Positions 1-7,433 of a stretch of 38,464 nucleotides of DNA are shown here, piece by piece. Below the pieces are notes generated by a model that searched no databases, had not been told where the DNA came from, and worked only from the letters and a program-made list of their open reading frames with translations. Each line of letters begins with the position of its first letter. Positions within the stretch are counted from its first letter, which is position 1. The DNA comes from an uncultured Eubacteriales bacterium (lineage in GTDB: Bacteria > Bacillota > Clostridia > Oscillospirales > Butyricicoccaceae), in NCBI GenBank assembly GCA_949740695.1, contig CATJIY010000073.1, positions 1 through 38,464 of the forward strand. Reading direction: 5' to 3'. A program made the translations under genes and the position numbers.

Positions 1-33
1 CCGGACGCGAATTGCGTCCGGCCGTCGCTTTTT
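1..33 (+). terminator. Possible intrinsic terminator of an upstream gene outside the window
   Basis: Hairpin CCGGACGC (1-8) / GCGTCCGG (14-21) with loop GAATT. A T5 run at 29-33 lies 7 nt after the stem. The stem may extend beyond the window edge. Confidence 0.35.
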
Positions 34-103
34 GCCAAAATAAGAGAAAGCCCGGCCTCCCCCTAAGGAGCGGTTATTTCCAGAATTTTTTTCAAATTTG
101 CGG

Positions 104-154
104 TTTACAAACACGAACAAACGTGCTATTATAAGATTTGCGAACAACCGTTCT
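104..154 (+). promoter_or_regulatory. SigA-type promoter with two LexA (Cheo-type, GAAC-N4-GTTC) operator candidates
   Basis: -35 TTTACA (104-109), 17-nt spacer, -10 TATTAT (127-132). An imperfect box GAACAAACGTGC (115-126) lies inside the spacer. A perfect-core box CGAACAACCGTTCT (141-154) lies between the -10 and the RBS GGAG of the ATG at 178. Confidence 0.6.
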
Positions 155-177
155 GATTTTATGGATGGAGATATCCT

Positions 178-1470
178 ATGGAGCTGATGGAAAAACTAAC
201 AATCCTGGCCGCCGCTGCCAAATATGACGCCGCCTGCACCTCCAGTGGGTTGGACCGATCCGCCCGCCCAGGCGGACTAGGGGCCACCATCGCCTGCGGC
301 TGCTGCCACAGCTTTTCTGCCGATGGCCGCTGCATCACGCTGCTAAAGGTGCTCCAATCCAACGCCTGCGTCTTTGATTGCAGCTACTGTGTCAACCGCC
401 GGTCCAACGACCATCCCAGGGCGGCCTTCACCCCCAGAGAACTGGCTGACCTGACCATACAATTTTACCGGCGAAACTATATTGAAGGCCTTTTTCTTTC
501 CAGCGCGGTGGTACAGAATCCTGATCACACTTGCGAGCAAATGTTGGAGACACTGCGGATTTTACGGCGAGAATACCATTTTTACGGGTATATACACGCC
601 AAAGCCATCCCGGGCGCCAGCCCGGAGTTGCTGTCCCAAATGGCTCTGCTAGCCGATCGGATGAGCGTGAATATCGAGTTGCCTTCTCAAAAAAGCCTGA
701 CGCTACTGGCCCCTGACAAAAAGAAAGAAGCGATCCTCGCGCCCATGGGCTTTTTGCGGGATGGCATCGCTCAAGGCAAGCAGGAGATCGTCAAATACCG
801 CCACGCTCCCCGGTTTGCGCCAGCGGGACAAAGCACCCAGCTGATTGTGGGCGCTACCCCGGAAAGCGACCTGCAAATCCTTACCCTTTCCTCGGCCCTT
901 TATCAAAAATATGCCCTCAAACGGGTATTTTTCTCGGCCTATCTGCCGGTTGTGGAACACAAACAATTGCCCGCCCTTACCACCAAGCCGCCTCTGCTGC
1001 GAGAACACCGGTTATATCAGGCGGATTGGCTTATGCGGTACTACCACTTTCAAGCCGGCGAACTGCTGGACGCGGAAAACCCCAACTTTGACCCCTATGT
1101 AGACCCCAAATGTGGCTGGGCGCTGCGCCATTTAGATCAATTCCCGGTGGAAGTCAACAAAGCCCCCTATGAAATTTTACTCCGAGTGCCTGGCGTTGGG
1201 GTAAAAAGCGCTCGCCGGATTATCACCGCCCGAAAAACGGGAAGTCTGGACTTTGACAGCCTGAAAAAACTGGGGGTGGTACTCAAGCGGGCCAGATATT
1301 TTTTGCTTTGCCGCGGAAAACCCTTCCCAGGCGTTGTTATGACCCATCGAGCAGTATTAAACGGCCTTCTGAGCCAAGCCGCCATGGATCGGCTGGATCA
1401 GCCCGAACAGCTTAGTCTGCTGGACCCTACCCAAGAGGATGTGATGAAATGTATCTCCGGACAAATCTAG
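178..1470 (+). CDS. Putative DNA modification/repair radical SAM protein (family I recall as TIGR03916)
   Basis: 430-aa ORF. CxxxCxxC radical-SAM cluster motif CVFDCSYC. C-terminal helix-hairpin-helix-like LLRVPGVGVKSARRII. Followed by its usual DUF4130 partner. Confidence 0.8.
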   Translation: MELMEKLTILAAAAKYDAACTSSGLDRSARPGGLGATIACGCCHSFSADGRCITLLKVLQSNACVFDCSYCVNRRSNDHPRAAFTPRELADLTIQFYRRNYIEGLFLSSAVVQNPDHTCEQMLETLRILRREYHFYGYIHAKAIPGASPELLSQMALLADRMSVNIELPSQKSLTLLAPDKKKEAILAPMGFLRDGIAQGKQEIVKYRHAPRFAPAGQSTQLIVGATPESDLQILTLSSALYQKYALKRVFFSAYLPVVEHKQLPALTTKPPLLREHRLYQADWLMRYYHFQAGELLDAENPNFDPYVDPKCGWALRHLDQFPVEVNKAPYEILLRVPGVGVKSARRIITARKTGSLDFDSLKKLGVVLKRARYFLLCRGKPFPGVVMTHRAVLNGLLSQAAMDRLDQPEQLSLLDPTQEDVMKCISGQI

Positions 1471-2258
1471 TATATCAATATGACGGAAGCCTGGAAGGCT
1501 TTTTCTGCTGCGTGTTCCGGGCGGTATACCAACGGGAACAGCCCTCGGCTATTTTTTCCGGTGAAGATCCTCAGCTTACCCTTCTGGAACAGGTGGAAGT
1601 TCCAACTGAAGCTGACAAAGCCGCTCGCGTGGCCCGTTCTCTACCGGAAAAACTGGGCAGCCAGGCCCCCCAAGTGATCCGGCTGGCCTTTTTATCCGAT
1701 CTGGAGAACAAAGAGCTGACTTTGCTGGCGTTTTTACGTATGGGGTATCAAATAGGACCAAAGGTAATGCGGATGCTGGCTGACGCTCACGTGCAACCAG
1801 TGCTTTCAGCCGCCCAGCAAGTAGGTCACGAAGCCCATTTGTTTAAAGGCTTCACTCGTTTTTCTGACTACGGAAGCTGCCTAGTGGCTGAGATTGAGCC
1901 AAAAAACCATGTTTTACCCTTACTGGCCCAGCATTTTCGGGTACGCATGCCGGGAGAAAGCTTTTTGATTGTTGACCGCACTCACCGGCTTGTGCTGGCT
2001 CATAGCGGCGGCTGCTGCCAAATCTTCCCCATGGATCAGCTGGAGCTACCAGCCGCCAGCCAGCGGGAAACCCTTTACCGCCAGTTATGGACTCGATTTT
2101 ATGACGCCATCTCCATTGAGACCCGATACAACCCTAAGTGCCGTCAATCCAATATGCCCAAGCGGTACTGGGGTATGATGACGGAATTTCAAGAGGAAAA
2201 CCGGGCCTCCGGTCCCCAAGCGCCGGCCTTCCCACTTCGGGAGATCTCTGCGGGATGA
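1449..2258 (+). CDS. DUF4130 / probable DNA metabolism protein, partner of the radical SAM enzyme (family I recall as TIGR03915)
   Basis: 269-aa ORF overlapping the upstream gene by 22 nt. RBS AGAGGA lies 9 nt before the ATG at 1449. N-terminus LVYQYDGSLEGFFCCVF resembles the family start as I recall it. Confidence 0.7.
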   Translation: MYLRTNLVYQYDGSLEGFFCCVFRAVYQREQPSAIFSGEDPQLTLLEQVEVPTEADKAARVARSLPEKLGSQAPQVIRLAFLSDLENKELTLLAFLRMGYQIGPKVMRMLADAHVQPVLSAAQQVGHEAHLFKGFTRFSDYGSCLVAEIEPKNHVLPLLAQHFRVRMPGESFLIVDRTHRLVLAHSGGCCQIFPMDQLELPAASQRETLYRQLWTRFYDAISIETRYNPKCRQSNMPKRYWGMMTEFQEENRASGPQAPAFPLREISAG

Positions 2259-2389
2259 TAATCTGCCTGCCTCCGGTCTTTCGTCGGGCGGCGAGTTCCG
2301 CCAAATAAGCTTGCTCTCCTTTTTCGCCGGAGCTGGAGGATTTTTTCTCTGGTTCTGGTGTTTTTTCCGCATTTTTTCATTCCCTGCTC

Positions 2390-2418
2390 TTGCAAAATAA
2401 CCGCCAATCTACTACAAT
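2390..2418 (+). promoter_or_regulatory. SigA-type promoter for the thioesterase/MBOAT/SGNH genes
   Basis: TTGCAA (2390-2395), 17-nt spacer, TACAAT (2413-2418), about 100 nt upstream of the ATG at 2520. Confidence 0.55.
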
Positions 2419-2519
2419 AGGAATGGTAAAGTTCCGGCCGTCCCTCACAGGCGATCGCCGGCAGAGCTTGCTTGTCCCTACGCCCTAAACCAAGGGGCCT
2501 TTCTGGAAAGGATTCCGAT

Positions 2520-3233
2520 ATGTATATTTGGGATACAACTGTATTATATAGTCAACTAGGCGTCCAGGGGGCGCTTTCTCCCGCCGGCCTGCTTCATTTA
2601 TTTCAGGACGTTGCCATCCGCCATTCCCATGACCGAGGCTGCGGACGGGATTGGGTTACAGCCCAAGGTTGCGCCTGGATTCTCTCTCGCTGGCGGGTGC
2701 ATTTGGGAAAAATGCCCCGTTGCGATCAGCCGGTGCGGGTAAAAACTTGGGCTTACAGCTGCCGTCACGCCCTCTGCCGTCGGGCTTTTTCCCTGGAAGA
2801 TGGGCAGGGCCTCCAGCTGGCCTCAGCCGATTCCTTATGGACCCTGGTAAACATTGCCACCAGTGCGCCTACCGACGCTACCCGGGTAGTTGCCCCTCTG
2901 CTAACGCCGGGGGACCCTCCCCAGTTGGGCAAGCTCCCCAAAAAAGTGCGCCTCCCGGAATCTTTGACCCGGGATTCTTCTTTCCCAGTGACCACCGATC
3001 TGCTGGACGCCAACCGCCATGTAAACAATGTGTGCTCCGCCCAGCTGGCCATGCGCCCACTCCCGCTGGATTTCCAGCTTTCCGCCATGGCCATTGATTA
3101 TCACCAGGCCCTTCTTCCGGGCCAGGCAATTGAATTGGAATACGCCCCCTTTGACCAGGGGATGTTTTCTTTGCTGCGGTCAGAGGGCCAGCCTTGCCTT
3201 TCCGCGCAATTTTGGGCTTGCGGCGCTCAATAA
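2520..3233 (+). CDS. Acyl-ACP thioesterase family protein
   Basis: Two-hotdog architecture typical of the acyl-ACP thioesterase family (LFQDVAIRHS..., second half ...DANRHVNNV...). I chose the internal ATG at 2520 with RBS GGAAAGGA over the TTG at 2472 given in the ORF track. Confidence 0.7.
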   Translation: MYIWDTTVLYSQLGVQGALSPAGLLHLFQDVAIRHSHDRGCGRDWVTAQGCAWILSRWRVHLGKMPRCDQPVRVKTWAYSCRHALCRRAFSLEDGQGLQLASADSLWTLVNIATSAPTDATRVVAPLLTPGDPPQLGKLPKKVRLPESLTRDSSFPVTTDLLDANRHVNNVCSAQLAMRPLPLDFQLSAMAIDYHQALLPGQAIELEYAPFDQGMFSLLRSEGQPCLSAQFWACGAQ

Positions 3234-3283
3234 CCGCGGCCTTTTATTATCGGGTTGTACCCGATTTCATTTAGGAGGATCCC

Positions 3284-4690
3284 GTGGTTTTTAGCAGCCT
3301 GCCATTTTTATTTGTTTTTCTACCCGGGTTCTTCCTGATCTACGGGTTGTGTCCCCGCCGATGGAAAAACGCCGCCTTACTGCTGGGGAGTCTCGCCTTT
3401 TATGGCTATGGTGTTTTAGAAACGCCTGAATACTTTTTCCTGTTGCTGTTGACTATTTTTATCAACTGGGTCATCGGCTTACGGTTGGACGCCCGATTTC
3501 GTCACCGGCGGCTGTGGCTAGTAATCGGCCTCATTTATAATTTTTTCTGGCTGTTCGCTTTCAAATACGCCGGTTTTTTCTTTGATAATGGAGCTGTTCT
3601 CTGGCGGCTGGCTTCCGGAGAGACCATCACTCGAAACTGGGAGTTAATTCTCCCCATCGGCATCAGCTTTTACACATTTCAAATCGTCTCCTATCTTATC
3701 GACGTTTATCGAGAAACCGTTCCCCCCGAGCGTTCTTTGGTCAATTTAGGGGCTTATCTGTGTATGTTTCCCCAGCTGATTGCCGGCCCCATTGTCCAAT
3801 ACCGCCAGGTGGCTCGAGAGCTGCGGCGGCGCACTGTTCGCTTGCCTCAGATCGACCAGGGGTTGCGCACTTTTGTGTTGGGGCTGGGCAGCAAGGTTCT
3901 GCTGGCGAACCGGGTCGGCGGACTATGGACCGATGTGTCGGCGGTAGGCTGCGAAAGCGTCTCTACCCCGGTGGCTTGGATGGCCGCGGCAGCCTATAGC
4001 TTACAGCTTTACTTTGATTTTTATGGCTATTCCCTCATGGCTTTGGGTCTTGGACAAATGATGGGCTTTTCTCTGCCGGAAAACTTCCTCCAACCCTACC
4101 GTTCGCTGTCTATGACCGAATTTTGGCGGCGCTGGCACGTGACTCTGGGTAGCTGGTTCCGAGAATATGTCTATATCCCCCTGGGAGGCAACCGATGTGG
4201 CAAACTGACCCAGGTGCGCAACCTGCTGGCAGTTTGGTTGCTTACCGGCTTTTGGCATGGGGCCAGCTGGAATTTTATTCTGTGGGGGCTGCTGCTCTTT
4301 TTTCTCCTAACCATCGAGCGCATGGGCCTGCGTCGGATATTGGAGCGCCGCCGGTGGTTGGGCCGAATCTATATGCTGTTGCTGATACCCTTATCCTGGA
4401 TGCTGTTTGCTATCACCGATTTTCAGGAGCTGGGGCTGTTTTTTGGCCGGTTGTTTCCCATCGGCGGACCGGCGCGGGGCGTCATTCCCATGGATTATAT
4501 TCCATACGGTAAGCTCTATGGTCCGATACTGGCCGCCGGGTTTCTGTTCTGCACGCCCCTGCCCGGCTGGCTTTGGAAGCGCATGGAGAGAAATCCCTTG
4601 GGTATCGCCGTCTTGCTAGCCATTTTTCTGGGATCCGTTTATTGCCTGTTCCGCGGGATGAACGATCCCTTCCTCTATTTCCGTTTTTAA
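3284..4690 (+). CDS. MBOAT family O-acyltransferase (AlgI/DltB/PatA-like)
   Basis: 468-aa polytopic membrane ORF with the MBOAT signature FWRRWH...LLTGFWHGASWNF containing the conserved His. GTG start 50 nt after the thioesterase stop. Confidence 0.85.
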   Translation: MVFSSLPFLFVFLPGFFLIYGLCPRRWKNAALLLGSLAFYGYGVLETPEYFFLLLLTIFINWVIGLRLDARFRHRRLWLVIGLIYNFFWLFAFKYAGFFFDNGAVLWRLASGETITRNWELILPIGISFYTFQIVSYLIDVYRETVPPERSLVNLGAYLCMFPQLIAGPIVQYRQVARELRRRTVRLPQIDQGLRTFVLGLGSKVLLANRVGGLWTDVSAVGCESVSTPVAWMAAAAYSLQLYFDFYGYSLMALGLGQMMGFSLPENFLQPYRSLSMTEFWRRWHVTLGSWFREYVYIPLGGNRCGKLTQVRNLLAVWLLTGFWHGASWNFILWGLLLFFLLTIERMGLRRILERRRWLGRIYMLLLIPLSWMLFAITDFQELGLFFGRLFPIGGPARGVIPMDYIPYGKLYGPILAAGFLFCTPLPGWLWKRMERNPLGIAVLLAIFLGSVYCLFRGMNDPFLYFRF

Positions 4691-4721
4691 AGCCTGATCG
4701 CTCTGTTATGAGAGGAACTTC

Positions 4722-5534
4722 ATGAGAAAACTGTTTCGTTATCCCTTTTTATGTTTTATGGCTTTAACCATCGTCGCCGTCATGCCTTCCGCTTGGCGGC
4801 AGCTTGGTTTATTGCCCCCTCGTCAGCCCCGGCGGGCCATTTTAGCAGAAATTCCAGAGATTCGTTTTCCGGCGGCGCCTGAGCCTCTCCCCGAGCCTCC
4901 ACCCATGGAAGAGGAACCGTCCCTGGAAGAACTGCCGCCAGAGGACTCGCTTCCCCCACAACCTCCGGAAGACCCCTTTACCGGCGCTCTGTTTATTGGA
5001 GACAGCCGTACCGAAGGTATCCGGCTATATTCTGGTATTACCGAAGCGGATTTTTTCTCCAGCACCGGCATGAGCGTCTATACCGTTTTTGAAGAGCGGT
5101 TGGACGCCGGCGGTCTCAAAAAATGTACGTTAAACGAGCTTTTGACAGAAAAGCAGTATCAGCGCATTTTTCTGATGCTGGGCATCAACGAATTGGGATA
5201 CAAGATAGAAGAAACCGTTCAGACTTATAGTGAAACTGTCGCTACTCTGCAGGAGCTTCAACCGGAAGCTTACATTATTATTCAGGCCAATCTTCATCTG
5301 GCAAAAAAACGCTCTGACAGCGATAAAACCTTTAACAACAATAACCTAAATCAATTGAATCAGGCTATTTCTCAGCTGGCTGACGGAAAAACCATCTTTT
5401 TTATTGACGTTAATCCCATCTTTGATGATGAAAACGGTTATCTTACCGAAGCATATACTTGGGACAGCGTTCATATTTTAGGAAAATATTATTCCCAATG
5501 GGCCGATTGGCTGCGGGAAAACACACCAGTATAG
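4722..5534 (+). CDS. Membrane-anchored SGNH/GDSL hydrolase-acyltransferase partner of the MBOAT protein
   Basis: N-terminal TM helix, Pro/Glu-rich linker (PEPLPEPPPMEEEPSLEELPPEDSLPPQPPEDP), then SGNH blocks FIGDSRTEG, LGINELG and WDSVHIL (DxxH). Confidence 0.75.
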   Translation: MRKLFRYPFLCFMALTIVAVMPSAWRQLGLLPPRQPRRAILAEIPEIRFPAAPEPLPEPPPMEEEPSLEELPPEDSLPPQPPEDPFTGALFIGDSRTEGIRLYSGITEADFFSSTGMSVYTVFEERLDAGGLKKCTLNELLTEKQYQRIFLMLGINELGYKIEETVQTYSETVATLQELQPEAYIIIQANLHLAKKRSDSDKTFNNNNLNQLNQAISQLADGKTIFFIDVNPIFDDENGYLTEAYTWDSVHILGKYYSQWADWLRENTPV

Positions 5535-5541
5535 CGGCAAT

Positions 5542-6321
5542 ATGGATATTTTTTATAACATAGATCCTCGGCTCCCGCCGGTGCTCACAAAACTGTGCGC
5601 CCTCTGCCTGGAAAGCTTTGGTTCGGCGCTGACCGGCGTATATGTCCACGGTTCCGTGGCTTTTGGAGATTTTTTCTGGGATTCCAGTGACCTTGATCTG
5701 CTGGCAGTGACAAATTGCCCTCCAGATCAAGCGCAAAAAGAGGCTTTTTTACAAGGTGTTCTGGCTCTGGACCCAGCTTTACCTCCCAAGGGCCTGGAAT
5801 TCAGCTTGCTTTTGGCTGCCGACTGCCGGCGCTTTTCCCATCCCATGCCTTATCTGCTGCATTTTTCTAACAATCACAAAACCCGCTGCCTAGCTGACTT
5901 GCCCGGCTTTGCCGCCGCTATGGAAGGGCGAGATCCAGATCTGGCGGGGCACATCAAGGTTTTGCTGTCAGTGGGGCATACTCTCTGGGGTTTGCCATTG
6001 GAAGAAGTTTTTACTCCGCCCAGCCAGGATGCCTATCTGGACAGTATCTTAGAAGATTTAGCCGGCTCGGCCGGCAGGTTGGAAGAGCTGCCGGTTTACG
6101 GTTTGCTAAACCTATGCCGCACCTTGGCCTTTGTCCGGGAGGGACTGATTTTATCCAAACTTCAAGGCGGCCGTTGGGCGCTGTCTCAAGCGCCGCTGAA
6201 CTTTCGTCCCTTAATTATGGAAGCTCTGGATTGTCAAAAAACCGGCCGCCCATTTTCCTTGCCTTTACTTCCAGATCTGGGGCCTTGGTTTTTAAAAGAA
6301 ATTCGTTCCGCACTAGAATAA
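5542..6321 (+). CDS. Nucleotidyltransferase with DUF4111-type C-terminal domain (AadA/ANT-like aminoglycoside adenylyltransferase fold)
   Basis: Polymerase-beta-type NTase motif GVYVHGSVAFGDFFWDSSDLDLL near the N-terminus. Length (259 aa) and layout resemble AadA. Substrate cannot be inferred from sequence. Confidence 0.6.
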   Translation: MDIFYNIDPRLPPVLTKLCALCLESFGSALTGVYVHGSVAFGDFFWDSSDLDLLAVTNCPPDQAQKEAFLQGVLALDPALPPKGLEFSLLLAADCRRFSHPMPYLLHFSNNHKTRCLADLPGFAAAMEGRDPDLAGHIKVLLSVGHTLWGLPLEEVFTPPSQDAYLDSILEDLAGSAGRLEELPVYGLLNLCRTLAFVREGLILSKLQGGRWALSQAPLNFRPLIMEALDCQKTGRPFSLPLLPDLGPWFLKEIRSALE

Positions 6322-6346
6322 CGCCACCCTTTGGGGCGGCGTTATT
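6317..6346 (+). terminator. Hairpin between convergent genes, likely terminator
   Basis: AATAACGCCACCC (6317-6329), loop TTTG, GGGCGGCGTTATT (6334-6346), one mismatch. It overlaps the stop codon of the 5542..6321 CDS. The T-tract is weak. Confidence 0.45.
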
Positions 6347-6425
6347 CTTGATTGCGCCAGAAGCGTTTGCCTTTTGGCGGCTTTATCCCGCTTTACAAAG
6401 CCCCAAAAAGCAGTCACGCCTCCGC

Positions 6426-7016
6426 TTATTTTTTCGTCGGCCCCTGAGGAACCAAAAGCCCCTCTTTTGCCATAGCTGGCGCCAGCAAACGGAAAACGGC
6501 CATCATCAAAAATACTTCCACCGGCCACAGCAACAGATTTTTCCCCAGGCTTCCCCAAAAATAAAACAAATAAGACTTTCCATATAGAATACTGCTCCAC
6601 AAGGTCCCCAGTCCCACATTACACAGCAGATTTACCGAAAGTTTCGTAAGCGCCACTCGGGGCAGGGACAACCGCTGCCGGTAGAAGCCCAAGGCATACA
6701 GAAACATCCCCACCATGGTAGATAACGTGTATCCAGGAAAAAATCCGCCGGAAGGATGGAGAGCGTAGCCCAAAAGATCTTCCGCAAAGCCCGCCACCAG
6801 CGCGGCCACTGGTCCACATACTGCGGCGCACAGGCCCTTGGGCAAATAGGTAAAGTACACCCGCAGATTATTGGGCAACTGAAGAAACAGTCCAGACATG
6901 GCGATACTTACCGCCAGAAGCAAAGCGCACACCGCCAATACCCGGGGTTTCTTCAACTGAAGGGCCGCGTCCTTCCAATAGGCGCGGGAAAAGAGGGAGT
7001 GATTCCATAGATTCAT
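6426..7016 (-). CDS. folT: Folate-family ECF transporter S component
   Basis: 196-aa multi-TM protein resembling FolT S components. Start moved to the ATG at 7016, preceded by AGGAGG 8 nt upstream. A THF riboswitch lies upstream. Confidence 0.75.
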   Translation of the reverse strand: MNLWNHSLFSRAYWKDAALQLKKPRVLAVCALLLAVSIAMSGLFLQLPNNLRVYFTYLPKGLCAAVCGPVAALVAGFAEDLLGYALHPSGGFFPGYTLSTMVGMFLYALGFYRQRLSLPRVALTKLSVNLLCNVGLGTLWSSILYGKSYLFYFWGSLGKNLLLWPVEVFLMMAVFRLLAPAMAKEGLLVPQGPTKK

Positions 7017-7089
7017 ACAAAAAGACCTCCTTGCAAATTTTTGGCAGCTCATAACTATGAGACGCCGCATAAGCAAAAAGGTCCTATGC

Positions 7090-7222
7090 GGCAGCGGGAT
7101 GCGACCTGCGCACTGCAAACCTTATCCCCAGCCGCTTAATAGCGGACTTTGGAAAAAGCTATTTCGTCCAGCGGACAACTCCCCGTCCCGCCGGCACTAA
7201 ACACGCGCAAATCTACTCTGCC
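7090..7222 (-). promoter_or_regulatory. THF (tetrahydrofolate) riboswitch, folT-motif class
   Basis: Minus-strand RNA GGCAGAGUAGAUUUGCGCGUGUUUAGUGCC...GGGAC...ACGAA...GUGCGCAGGUCGCAUCCCGCUGCC matches the conserved blocks of the Eubacterium siraeum THF aptamer as I remember it (AGAGUAGAU, GCGUU.AGUG, GGGA, ACGAA, GCGCGGU, GCAUCCGCUCC). P1 is GGCAG/CUGCC. It sits directly 5' of folT. Confidence 0.8.
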
Positions 7223-7273
7223 AGTTTTTATGATTACAGCCGCAGAAAAGGATTCCTGTCGACTATGCTGTTC

Positions 7274-7302
7274 AGTATAGGACCAAACTAAGCAATTGTC
7301 AA
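7274..7302 (-). promoter_or_regulatory. SigA-type promoter for the riboswitch-folT transcript
   Basis: Minus strand reads TTGACA (7302-7297), 17-nt spacer, TATACT (7279-7274), preceded by an A-tract. Confidence 0.6.
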
Positions 7303-7433
7303 TCTTTTTTTAGATCCTGTCTCAAAAAACAAAATTATGCAAAAAACGGGATGCCAAAGCCACCGTAAAAGCCCAGGAGTTTTCAATGGATTTACCAGTG
7401 CGTCTGGCGGCTCATACACCAGGAAAAATCTAA

